Origin: an uncultured virus (IMG/VR IMGVR_UViG_3300044946_000014)
Taxonomy: Duplodnaviria; Heunggongvirae; Uroviricota; Caudoviricetes
Length of the DNA: 20,000 nt
Direction: 5' to 3' (one strand)
IMG/VR virus record: IMGVR_UViG_3300044946_000014
Part shown: piece by piece, positions 1 to 7,550 of the stretch
Position numbering within the stretch: the first letter of the stretch is position 1
How the letters are laid out: each line of letters opens with the position of its first letter
The notes under the pieces: model-generated
What the model was told of the DNA's origin: nothing
Seen by the model: the letters and a program-made list of their open reading frames with translations, nothing else
Databases searched by the model: none
Program-made: the position numbers and the translations under genes

Positions 1-354
1 GTCGGCGCGTACCCTTGCGAGTTCGCCATGAAGACTAGGTGGCCGATCATCGATCAACTTTCCCGAATGCTTGGCATCGAGAAGAATGCCGATGCAGGCG
101 AGGGCATTCGCCAGGTGCGGCGTTCCGTCAGCCGGATCAAGCTCTTCGCCTTCCCACCATGCATCCATATGGCGATCAAGCGCAGCTCGATATACCGATG
201 CGCGAGCGCCCGCAGCCCGGTAGTTCCACGCGCCATATTTCACGTTCCCGAGGTAATGGGCGATGGCCTGATATGCCTTGACAATCGGCGAAACAAGGTG
301 ATTTGGCAGCTTGTTTGTCGCGATGGCGTCCTTAGGATTGGTCGGCTTCGTCAT
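1..354 (-). CDS. DUF5664-like dATP/dGTP diphosphohydrolase-domain protein (runs off the window; missing from the ORF track)
   Basis: Manual translation from ATG at 354 (ATGA overlap with DUF4406 stop): MTKPTNPKDAIATNKLPNHLVSP...VKYGAWNYRAAGARASVYRAALDRHMDAWWEGEELDPADGTPHLANALACIGILLDA..DDRP, matching the KYG.WN..RH..GE..DP.G..HLA.A pattern. Confidence 0.8.
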   Translation of the reverse strand, partial: MTKPTNPKDAIATNKLPNHLVSPIVKAYQAIAHYLGNVKYGAWNYRAAGARASVYRAALDRHMDAWWEGEELDPADGTPHLANALACIGILLDAKHSGKLIDDRPPSLHGELARVRAD

Positions 355-662
355 GCCGCCACCTTTTCCACGATATCCGCCGCATGCAGCACGACAAGCC
401 CATACTTCCGTGCAGTGATGTATTCCATCTGCGCGCCGTTCGAAAAGATCCAGCCGGGAAGCAGGGCGATTGCATGGCACGATTTCACGGCCGGCAAGTC
501 GATCAGCATGCACTCCATCCAGTCGGCATCCTCGGCTGGATTCAGTTCCCAAGGGTTCACCACGTCATAGCCGAGGGATCGCAGACGAGCAGTTTCGGAC
601 TCGAACAAAGGACGGTTCCCGTGCGGGATGTCAGTGATCGGGCCTGACAGATATACTTTCAT
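351..662 (-). CDS. DUF4406 family protein (nucleoside 2-deoxyribosyltransferase-like fold)
   Basis: KVYLSGPIT...VVNP...CHAIALLPGW..SNGAQME motifs. Confidence 0.85.
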   Translation of the reverse strand: MKVYLSGPITDIPHGNRPLFESETARLRSLGYDVVNPWELNPAEDADWMECMLIDLPAVKSCHAIALLPGWIFSNGAQMEYITARKYGLVVLHAADIVEKVAA

Positions 663-886
663 GCTGCCTCCCGTTTATCCGTCAGCCCCGCAAGATAATC
701 AAGACTGACGCCAAAGAATCGAGCAAATTCAAGAAGCGACCAATATGCTGGGGTACGCAATCCGCGCTCCAACATCGAGACGCCTTGAGGATGAAGGCGA
801 CATTTTTCCGCCAATGCCGTTTGGCTCAATTTCCGCTCTTTGCGAAGCTCACGTAAGCGCGTATTGAATGTTGGATCATGGCTCAT
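659..886 (-). CDS. XRE-family helix-turn-helix protein
   Basis: RLRELRKERKLSQTALAEK...SMLERG...FFGVSLDYLAG. Confidence 0.9.
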   Translation of the reverse strand: MSHDPTFNTRLRELRKERKLSQTALAEKCRLHPQGVSMLERGLRTPAYWSLLEFARFFGVSLDYLAGLTDKREAA

Positions 887-1251
887 TTCGTCACCTGGCT
901 AATAAGAGAGGCAAAGTGATTGGTCTGGCGCCCAGCTCGCCTGACCTTGATCAATGCCTTGTTGTTTTGGTAATAGCGAGCGTTCGTGGCCTTACGGTTC
1001 TGCACAAACGGCTCGGCGTCCGGCCGATTGCCAATCGCATAGATACCCGCCGCAAGCCCAGCGATGCCCGTTTGCGGCCTCCAGTCCTTTACGTAGAAGT
1101 GCTTCTTCTTTCCTGAGCGTGAAGTACTGATACACGAACCAATCGTCTTAACTGGCTTTCCAAGTTCTTCCGCCAGTTCCCGAGCCGTCATCGGCCCGTA
1201 TTCCCTGATTGCGCGCTTGATCGCGTCGCGCGTAGTTGGTTTGGTTGGCAT
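883..1251 (-). CDS. Winged-HTH phage protein
   Basis: GPMTARELAEELGK HTH; start placed at ATG 1251 (TAATG overlap with the upstream stop). Confidence 0.7.
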   Translation of the reverse strand: MPTKPTTRDAIKRAIREYGPMTARELAEELGKPVKTIGSCISTSRSGKKKHFYVKDWRPQTGIAGLAAGIYAIGNRPDAEPFVQNRKATNARYYQNNKALIKVRRAGRQTNHFASLISQVTK

Positions 1252-1730
1252 TACGCAGCCTCCCGATGTTTCCAATACTCACGCTCCACCACGGCAAGCG
1301 CAGCATTCATCTCGCCAATCGTGATGATCTTCAGTTGCTCGATCCACGTCGTGATGGCCTGCTCAACGGTCGAACGATCCACACCCGACACGAACGCCAG
1401 CTTTCCTGTCTCGTGATACGCCGGCACCATACGGCGCATCGCTTCGTGTGCGGCATCGAACAGATCGCGCGCTTCGGGGCCGAGGCCGGCGCGAGCTAGC
1501 AACCAGCCGTGATTCAAGCAATTGGCGACCACATCCCATTGATCCTTCGTGCCATGCCCGCGCGTAACAGCATCCAGAGCGGTGAGGGCGGCCATCTCGA
1601 ACTCATCGGAGAAGTCCTCGGTGACTGCCTGCTTCATGATCCGATTGCGCTCGATGGTCATCAGGCATGAGTGCAGCCTCACTGGCTTCGGTCGATATGC
1701 CTTACGCGATTTCTTGCTTGCTGCCATCAC
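1251..1730 (-). CDS. Hypothetical phage protein
   Basis: 159-aa ORF translationally coupled on both sides. Confidence 0.75.
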   Translation of the reverse strand: MMAASKKSRKAYRPKPVRLHSCLMTIERNRIMKQAVTEDFSDEFEMAALTALDAVTRGHGTKDQWDVVANCLNHGWLLARAGLGPEARDLFDAAHEAMRRMVPAYHETGKLAFVSGVDRSTVEQAITTWIEQLKIITIGEMNAALAVVEREYWKHREAA

Positions 1731-2137
1731 ACACCTCCTAACGTTGCCGCCATTTCACGCGCATGCGCCGCCCAAACATCAATCGATCCTTCAAGCGTCC
1801 ATTCGTAACCAGGCCAATCACCGCCCGCGTCGTCCACCAATCCGGCAGATGGCCAAACTGCGCGCCACTCGTCTCGATCCTTACGGAAGAACAGAACCGG
1901 CACGCGTTGCTCGGCCTTTGCCTGCTTAACCGCCTGATCCCACCAACCGGCGATTTCAGCGCGCGTCGCCGTCGCATGTCGCTTCACTTCCGGCGTGAAA
2001 TGGGGAATGCCTTCGAGGTCGGCCTCTCCGTCGAGCTGGCGCACCTTGCGCTTCACATCCCAGCCGGTCAGGTCGCGCACGATGGCTGCGATCTCCCTTT
2101 CACCGACCTTTCCCTTCGTCCGAGACTTCATTCCCAT
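1727..2137 (-). CDS. PD-(D/E)XK Holliday junction resolvase-like (Hjc-type) nuclease
   Basis: SRTKGKVGEREIA...ADL...EVKR motif; lies downstream of the replication genes. Confidence 0.75.
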   Translation of the reverse strand: MGMKSRTKGKVGEREIAAIVRDLTGWDVKRKVRQLDGEADLEGIPHFTPEVKRHATATRAEIAGWWDQAVKQAKAEQRVPVLFFRKDRDEWRAVWPSAGLVDDAGGDWPGYEWTLEGSIDVWAAHAREMAATLGGV

Positions 2138-2198
2138 CTTTCACTCCGTAAGTACTGCTTAGTTCGTTGGGTGGATTGCTTGGCGTTTATTCGCCTTC

Positions 2199-2354
2199 TT
2201 ACTTCGCCGCCCACCTATCGCATGTCTGGCCGCCCACTACGAACATCCAGACCGGGCGATGCTTACAATTCCGCAAGCCAACGCGATAGTGCGATTCGTT
2301 GCCCGGATTCTTGGTCGCGTGTCGGCAGGTGCGACATTGGCGAACAGCGCTCAC
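2199..2354 (-). CDS. Small Cys-rich (putative Zn-binding) protein, 51 aa
   Basis: Manual translation MSAVRQCRTCRHA...NCKHRP...TCDRWAAK; GTGA overlap with the P-like gene stop. Confidence 0.6.
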   Translation of the reverse strand: MSAVRQCRTCRHATKNPGNESHYRVGLRNCKHRPVWMFVVGGQTCDRWAAK

Positions 2355-3091
2355 GCTTCTTTCCCTGTCGCATTGAAAATCGCTTGCCGCGCGATGCTCA
2401 ACTTATTGAACGGAACTTTCCCGGTCTTCTTTTCCTCTTCAACAATGCTCAGTGCCCAGCCGATGTTGGCGCCACCCGGAGCCCGCTTGAATGCTGCCGA
2501 TGCCCCAAGCTCTTGCAGCCTCTGCGCGCCATACTCGCGGGTCGATACTGCTGCACCTGGTGCGGCCAAGGCTGCAACTCGCTCAGGCACCGGCAGAACC
2601 GCGCCTTCCAATACCACCTTCAGCGCTGACTCAAAACGCGGCTTGATGCTTGAAAACGTCTGGCTGATCATGTCGAATTCACCAACCTTGACAGCCGCCC
2701 AATAGATCGCCGGATTACTCCATACGTCTTTGCCGTGCTGTCGCTTACGCATCTGTTCGATAGCCTCGTAGATTGCGGCATCGACGTTGATCTGTGGCTT
2801 GCATGCCTTCATGAATTCGGTGATGGAAGGCGGCCAATCGTACGATTTGCGGCAGACCTTCAGCCCTTCGGAAATCATCTGAGGCGTCAAACCTTCTTCA
2901 TCGAATGCCTCAGACCAAGAATCCCGCCAGTTCGCCACCGCTTGCTCGTTAGCAAATGCGGCTCGCCAACGATTCGGATACGCGCCGTCGAAGCGATTGA
3001 ACAAATGGTCCATGAGCGAGATTCCGAGCTTCGGATGCTGCTCAAGCCAGAGGCTTTGCTTAAACGTCGATGTAGTCGTCGGGGCGTTCAT
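2351..3091 (-). CDS. Replication protein P-like helicase loader
   Basis: LFNRFDGAYPNRW...W..AF...GL..CR...WPPSITEFMKAC motif; directly follows the initiator gene. Confidence 0.75.
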   Translation of the reverse strand: MNAPTTTSTFKQSLWLEQHPKLGISLMDHLFNRFDGAYPNRWRAAFANEQAVANWRDSWSEAFDEEGLTPQMISEGLKVCRKSYDWPPSITEFMKACKPQINVDAAIYEAIEQMRKRQHGKDVWSNPAIYWAAVKVGEFDMISQTFSSIKPRFESALKVVLEGAVLPVPERVAALAAPGAAVSTREYGAQRLQELGASAAFKRAPGGANIGWALSIVEEEKKTGKVPFNKLSIARQAIFNATGKEA

Positions 3092-3821
3092 GGTCGGTTA
3101 CTCGATCTTTGTTCACGTATGCAACGGGGTCGAATTTTCGATTTCCTCCCGATGCTTGGACATTTCCTTTGCCAGTCAACCAAGAGGCATCAAACCCACC
3201 CCATCCACGTGTACAACAAAGGCGTATCACGGCGTCCATCGTCATCTCGGCTTTTATCGCTTCAGCCTGTACGCCGGCAAGAGCGGTTTCCGTAGGCTTC
3301 AGTCGCTTGCCTTTACGAAGGTCTAGCCAGTCCCTTGCGACTTTCGGGTCAACACCCGCAGATTCGAGATGCGCCTGCGCATCGAATCGCGAAGCGTGCT
3401 GCGTTTTAGGTTTTACTTCTTCTCTATTCTTCTCTTCTCTATTCTTCTCTAGGCCGTTACCGTCACGTTTCTGTAACGTTACATCGCCGTTACCTTCCAT
3501 AAGTCTTTGTTTTTCACGAAATTTTGCAACGCGGCCAGCGCTCGAATCACTTTTCTTCTGGCGATCACTCCACGCGTTGATGACGACCTCGCCAGATTCG
3601 TTCAAAACAACAAGTTCACGCTGTAACAACTCATGTAACGTTACTGAAGCGTTACGGCGAAGAGCCCAATCAATGCTCTGTTGAGTGAGTTTCGTATTGC
3701 CATCGGCCTCCGCAGTGGTCGCAACCATCAGCAATTCCATCCACGTGCGGAATTGCGCGTCCGAGAGAGTTCCGACCTTCGGGTCATTCAGCATCTCACC
3801 GTAAAGACGACACCATTCCAT
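3060..3821 (-). CDS. Phage replication initiator (O-like)
   Basis: MEWCRLYGEMLNDPKV N-terminus, low-complexity linker containing iterons, C-terminal W...RK.KR..TETA...RGWGGF domain; start ATG at 3821. Confidence 0.8.
   Translation of the reverse strand: MEWCRLYGEMLNDPKVGTLSDAQFRTWMELLMVATTAEADGNTKLTQQSIDWALRRNASVTLHELLQRELVVLNESGEVVINAWSDRQKKSDSSAGRVAKFREKQRLMEGNGDVTLQKRDGNGLEKNREEKNREEVKPKTQHASRFDAQAHLESAGVDPKVARDWLDLRKGKRLKPTETALAGVQAEAIKAEMTMDAVIRLCCTRGWGGFDASWLTGKGNVQASGGNRKFDPVAYVNKDRVTDHERPDDYIDV
3414..3656. repeat. Putative replication origin iterons inside the initiator gene
   Basis: Clustered GTAAC/GTTAC units: TGTAACGTTACA palindrome 3472-3483, TGTAACGTTAC 3634-3644, CCGTTACC 3454 and 3487, GCGTTAC 3649; next to a duplicated TCTTCTCTATTCTTC pyrimidine tract. 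Confidence 0.65.
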
Positions 3822-3840
3822 CAACGTTCCTTGCTTGTTC

Positions 3841-4041
3841 TCAATCGTTTCGCAGCAAAAGTTCACACTGAATTCCAACGAATCGAATCCCCTGTTTCTT
3901 CGCCTGCTTCCAAATCTTGTTCGGTGACAGGTTAGCGACGTGAGCCAGACGCTTCATGCACTCGTTGACGCCGCCGGCCGGGTAGTGCTCGCGCAGGACG
4001 CGAAGCTCGCCGGTCGTCCAGTGGTGGTAAGGGCGTGTCAT
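3841..4041 (-). CDS. Small hypothetical protein (WT..E...LREHYP, Myb-like helical motif)
   Basis: ATG at 4041 coupled to the upstream micro-ORF. Confidence 0.6.
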   Translation of the reverse strand: MTRPYHHWTTGELRVLREHYPAGGVNECMKRLAHVANLSPNKIWKQAKKQGIRFVGIQCELLLRND

Positions 4042-4115
4042 ACAAACACCCATGCGCCACCGAACATGAGCCGAATCATGGCGAGTGCCCAGAAGTCGAT
4101 CAGAAAGTCGATCAT
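4038..4115 (-). CDS. 25-aa hydrophobic micropeptide
   Basis: MIDFLIDFWALAMIRLMFGGAWVFV; ATGA overlaps at both ends. Confidence 0.55.
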   Translation of the reverse strand: MIDFLIDFWALAMIRLMFGGAWVFV

Positions 4116-4489
4116 GCTGTCAGTCCTGCCTGCTTAAGCAATTCCACAAACTGCGGACCGAAAGCCTGAAGGGCCTCCATCGCCGCTACCTTTTTGCTGC
4201 TTTTATCGCCGACGTACTTCTCGACGAGGTAATAGATCGGCGTCAAATCGCCGGTCTTATCGAGATACTTCTCCAACGAATCGACGGAGAAATGGCGCGA
4301 CATATCGTCCGAAAGTTGGACGCTCAAATTGCTCGGCGCCTGGTCAAGGTCGATTGCTATTCGCTTAAGACCTCGCTGATAGACGCCCGTCGCCACGCAG
4401 TCTCGAAGACTTGCGTAACGGTCCACGAGCCCTGGCTCGAAGTCCAAAACAAGTTGCCCTTCCTTGGGCCTGATAAGCGCCGATTTCAT
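4112..4489 (-). CDS. CII-like phage regulatory protein
   Basis: Position between cro and O; HTH-like GLKRIAIDLDQAPSNLSVQLS. Confidence 0.6.
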   Translation of the reverse strand: MKSALIRPKEGQLVLDFEPGLVDRYASLRDCVATGVYQRGLKRIAIDLDQAPSNLSVQLSDDMSRHFSVDSLEKYLDKTGDLTPIYYLVEKYVGDKSSKKVAAMEALQAFGPQFVELLKQAGLTA

Positions 4490-4724
4490 TTGTTATCGCC
4501 CCTATTCACCAGTTATCAATGTTCTTGATGAAAAATGACGCCATCGACGCCACTATCACTTTAAGACTACTTACAGCATGAACAGCTTTCACGGCCCGCT
4601 AGAAGCAAACCGTACTTTCATAAAAAAGAGCGAGATCCTCTTCGCTCAAAACATCGCACATCGGGGTGTTGTGCGACGCCACAACTTGGTGCGAGTCGTC
4701 GTTGCCGACGCGCTCGCGGATTCA

Positions 4725-5693
4725 TCAAATTCCCGCGATCAACATCTTTGCTTCACGGATCCGTTTCTCGCATTCTTGAAGATAAGCGGTGCGGGCTTCT
4801 TGCTCCGTCGCGAAGTTGCCAATTCGAGTCGATCCGACCATCACCTGATACGGTCGCAGAGTACATTTCTTGTTATACGTCCAGCCTCGACCATGCCCGA
4901 GCCTCGACTTCCTATTCGGATTGGCTTTAGCCTTGGCTGCACGTATATGGCCCGGAGTCTTGATATATCCATCTTTCACGTTCTGACTCTGCGTGCAGAT
5001 ATAGACGTTGCCAACCGAATACGAACCATTGTCGCCCTTACGGGCCATAACATAGCCATTGCCACGGCCTCTCTCTTCCCACTTGCCAGACTTCTGCCAA
5101 ACTGCCCACCACTGCGGGAAAGTCAGAGAAAATTCAATGTTCCGAAAGGTGCTATTCTTCCTGTGCTGAACGTAAGCCTTAGTAGCTTTGTTGGATGTCA
5201 ATCGAACGCCAACCCCAAGAAGAGTCTCAAGAGAGGAATAAATGCATCCGTAGACGCGGAGGCATTGCTCATCTCGGCGAGCGATGATGCGTGTAGAGCG
5301 CGCAACCTTTCGGGCCGCCGAATTGATAGCGATGCCGCCATCGAGTCGCGTAATACCACGAGCGGAAATTATTTGGCGGACACGTTCTCGCGTTACACCG
5401 TGGATCTCGCCAATTTTCTTGAGGCTCAATCCGGCAGAATATGCGTCAATCATTTGCTGTGCGCGGGATTCCGATGTAAGCGACTTTGGCTGGATGCGCT
5501 TTCGCTTTGCGCCAGCAGCACGAGCGGCATTGTAGATAGTCACGACATGTACGCCGTACTTTTCCGCGATTTGACTGGTCGGAATGCCCTTATTCCAATC
5601 TTCCGCGAACATGTCAAACGTCAAAATCTTTCGCGCCTTACGGGCATTCTGATCGCAGTCGCGGCAATTTGCGGGGACGGTCGTGTAGGCCAT
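4725..5693 (-). CDS. HNH/His-Me-type homing endonuclease-like protein with two N-terminal HTHs and a C-terminal AP2-like domain
   Basis: IAEKYGV and IGEIHGVTRERVRQI HTHs; IEFSLTF..WW..W, MARKGDNGSYSVGNVYICTQSQN nuclease core; IGNFATEQEARTAY tail. Confidence 0.75.
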   Translation of the reverse strand: MAYTTVPANCRDCDQNARKARKILTFDMFAEDWNKGIPTSQIAEKYGVHVVTIYNAARAAGAKRKRIQPKSLTSESRAQQMIDAYSAGLSLKKIGEIHGVTRERVRQIISARGITRLDGGIAINSAARKVARSTRIIARRDEQCLRVYGCIYSSLETLLGVGVRLTSNKATKAYVQHRKNSTFRNIEFSLTFPQWWAVWQKSGKWEERGRGNGYVMARKGDNGSYSVGNVYICTQSQNVKDGYIKTPGHIRAAKAKANPNRKSRLGHGRGWTYNKKCTLRPYQVMVGSTRIGNFATEQEARTAYLQECEKRIREAKMLIAGI

Positions 5694-5981
5694 TTAAGCC
5701 ACCGTTCGGGATTGTTTGACCTTGCGGCTGGACGTGCCCGCCGACTCTTGCACATCATCGCTGGCGACGATGTTCTCTATGCCGTTACCCCATATATCGG
5801 GGCGCAACTCTGCCAGCGTAAAACGCGAATCCTGTCTGACAATTTCTTTGCAGAGTTCTGTGCCGGGACGCCGGGCGCCACGAGCGCAGTGGTACAGATA
5901 GTCATGATTGACCTCCAAAGACTGAGCGAACGCCTCACGATCTGGGCGTTTCGTCTGCTTGAAGTAAGTCTTGAGGTCCAT
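5694..5981 (-). CDS. cro: Cro/YdaS-like repressor
   Basis: MDLKTYF...REAFAQSL...GARRP...TLAELRPDIW; divergent from cI. Confidence 0.8.
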   Translation of the reverse strand: MDLKTYFKQTKRPDREAFAQSLEVNHDYLYHCARGARRPGTELCKEIVRQDSRFTLAELRPDIWGNGIENIVASDDVQESAGTSSRKVKQSRTVA

Positions 5982-6015
5982 GCCGCCATCCAAAGGTCTG
6001 CGTATGGGATCAGTA

Positions 6016-6032
6016 TAGACCAAAAAGGACTA
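6016..6032. promoter_or_regulatory. Right operator TAGACCAAAAAGGACTA overlapping the cro promoter (-10 TATACT on the minus strand, 6012-6017)
   Basis: 15/17 identical to the palindromic operator at 6871-6887. Confidence 0.75.
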
Positions 6033-6053
6033 TTGCATAGGACTTTTTGCGCG

Positions 6054-6089
6054 TTTATCAAATTGATCTGCGTTGGTAGGGTTGAGTCA
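6054..6089 (+). promoter_or_regulatory. Putative PRM-like promoter giving leaderless cI mRNA
   Basis: TTTATC-17 bp-TAGGGT with extended -10 TG; the cI ATG follows after 6 nt; no clear SD. Confidence 0.5.
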
Positions 6090-6586
6090 TGAAAACGTGC
6101 CGACAAATACGCTACGAAAACGCGCGAACACTCATCGTCAAGGATGGCCCTGCGAACTTCGCCAGGAAGATTTCGAGCGCTACCGAAGACGTTATGACGC
6201 CCCAGCAAGTCAATTCTTGGGGCGGCCCCAATCCGCGACGAGGGATTGGCGATGACATTGCGAGGCGCATCGAGCGAGCATATGAGAAGGAAGAAGGATG
6301 GCTTGACCATGAGTGGATCGGCGCTGGCGAAACGCAGAACAAAGGCCAAAATCGGGCTCTGAGTAACGAAGCAAAAAGTTTGATTGTGTGTGTCGAGCGT
6401 CTGGATGTCCTTGGCGACTTGGCTAGGAAAACATTCACCTACCATACGGGTTTGCTCTTACTTTCTTTGGCTTCTGCTGAGTTGCAGACTGGCGCAGTGC
6501 GGTCCCAAATGTTGGAAGAGATAGAGCGTCTGCTGGGTCCGACACAAACGGATTCCACGGGGGCATCAAATGAACGAAAGAGCTAA
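6089..6586 (+). CDS. cI: CI-like phage repressor (N-terminal HTH, no S24 peptidase domain)
   Basis: IRYENARTL...FARKI...RGIGDDIARRIERAY...GWLD; divergent from cro. Confidence 0.8.
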   Translation: MKTCRQIRYENARTLIVKDGPANFARKISSATEDVMTPQQVNSWGGPNPRRGIGDDIARRIERAYEKEEGWLDHEWIGAGETQNKGQNRALSNEAKSLIVCVERLDVLGDLARKTFTYHTGLLLLSLASAELQTGAVRSQMLEEIERLLGPTQTDSTGASNERKS

Positions 6587-6743
6587 CGGCGCCATTATTG
6601 ATCTAGCGCAATACCGGCAGCGAATCTTGCAACAACAGCAACGGAGCGAGCTGCATCGAGATATCTCGGATGCGCTCCTTGATACAATTTCCTATCACAT
6701 CCTGATGGCCGCCCGAGCCATCGCGGCCTCCAAGACCAAGTAA
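6570..6743 (+). CDS. 57-aa protein co-transcribed with cI
   Basis: MNERANGAIIDLAQYRQRI...; GGGGG SD-like run; ends just before the terminator. Confidence 0.6.
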   Translation: MNERANGAIIDLAQYRQRILQQQQRSELHRDISDALLDTISYHILMAARAIAASKTK

Positions 6744-6763
6744 GCATCTCCAGTTAAATATAG

Positions 6764-6786
6764 AGCCCGCTTCGCGCGGGCTTTTT
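6764..6786 (+). terminator. Rho-independent terminator of the cI operon
   Basis: AGCCCGC-ttcgc-GCGGGCT followed by a T run. Confidence 0.85.
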
Positions 6787-6863
6787 CACGTGCTCAAGAT
6801 GCATGACTATCGGCATGAAGTGTTCGATTAAAAACAATTATGCTGATGATGGGGCAAAAAGGT

Positions 6864-6891
6864 TTGCAAATAGACCAATAAGGTCTAAGAT
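6864..6891 (+). promoter_or_regulatory. PL-like promoter with a left operator in the spacer
   Basis: TTGCAA-16 bp-TAAGAT; perfect palindrome TAGACC-aataa-GGTCTA at 6871-6887. Confidence 0.75.
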
Positions 6892-6952
6892 TCATTCCAA
6901 GGCAGTACACGACGTCACGACAGACGAACAACGCAATCGAAGGGGCAACGAC

Positions 6953-7186
6953 GTGAACGCAGAGACCGAAGCAATCGATACGGACAGCGTCCCGGCCGGC
7001 ATGGTCGAGGTCAGCGAAGAGAAGTTTTTTGCCGTCATGGGACCGCGTGACGTGCATCCACGCGCGAAGCCTGATCGCAGCGTTTGGGAAATGCCGAATC
7101 GCACGGTGCTCGGCCACTCGATGCCGGGATACCTGGCACCGACTGGAAAGCCGAAGCTCTTCTTTCTGACGGCCAGTCTCGCCTAA
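6953..7186 (+). CDS. Hypothetical protein, first gene of the PL operon
   Basis: GTG start after an AGGGG SD; 77 aa. Confidence 0.65.
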   Translation: MNAETEAIDTDSVPAGMVEVSEEKFFAVMGPRDVHPRAKPDRSVWEMPNRTVLGHSMPGYLAPTGKPKLFFLTASLA

Positions 7187-7214
7187 CAACCGCTCCCGCT
7201 ACAGGAGAAAGACC

Positions 7215-7316
7215 ATGCGCATTGATCTCGATCTCTATCGCGAACTGCGAGCCGAGGGATGGGCCGCCCAAGCAGCGATCTTTTATGCGCGTCGCGCCGG
7301 CCGTTGGCTTGCCTGA
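7215..7316 (+). CDS. 33-aa peptide
   Basis: AGGAG SD; MRIDLDLYRELRAEGWAAQAAIFYARRAGRWLA. Confidence 0.6.
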   Translation: MRIDLDLYRELRAEGWAAQAAIFYARRAGRWLA

Positions 7317-7343
7317 CCAACCGCGCCTGCTAGGAGAAAGACC

Positions 7344-7550
7344 ATGGCACACCAAACGATGAGTGGGCGCTCTGCGCAGGCTCAAATCGACCTCGCGACT
7401 GAACGCTATTCCCATCTGCTGATGGAGGACGAGTGGACGCTCGAATATGCACATCAAGTCCTAGCGCATATCGACGCGCACCACATCGATCTATTTGAGG
7501 TGGCCGGACTTGCGAAAGCGATCGCGTGCTTTCAATGCGCCGCTGACTGA
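7344..7550 (+). CDS. Hypothetical protein
   Basis: AGGAG SD; 68 aa. Confidence 0.7.
   Translation: MAHQTMSGRSAQAQIDLATERYSHLLMEDEWTLEYAHQVLAHIDAHHIDLFEVAGLAKAIACFQCAAD

Noticed and set aside
1..354. 2-aminoadenine (Z-genome) pathway
   Set aside because: No purZ or dedicated polymerase in the window; the domain alone is not sufficient evidence
28..570. 180-aa plus-strand ORF
   Set aside because: The opposite strand encodes recognisable DUF4406 and DUF5664-like proteins
4618..4725. 35-aa minus-strand ORF starting MNPRARRQRR as an N-like antiterminator
   Set aside because: Arg-rich start and TGATG coupling are suggestive, but it is too short, in the wrong operon, and could arise by chance in GC-rich DNA
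4578..6092. 504-aa plus-strand ORF
   Set aside because: Antisense shadow of the endonuclease and cro genes; no recognisable domain, and it crosses the operator region
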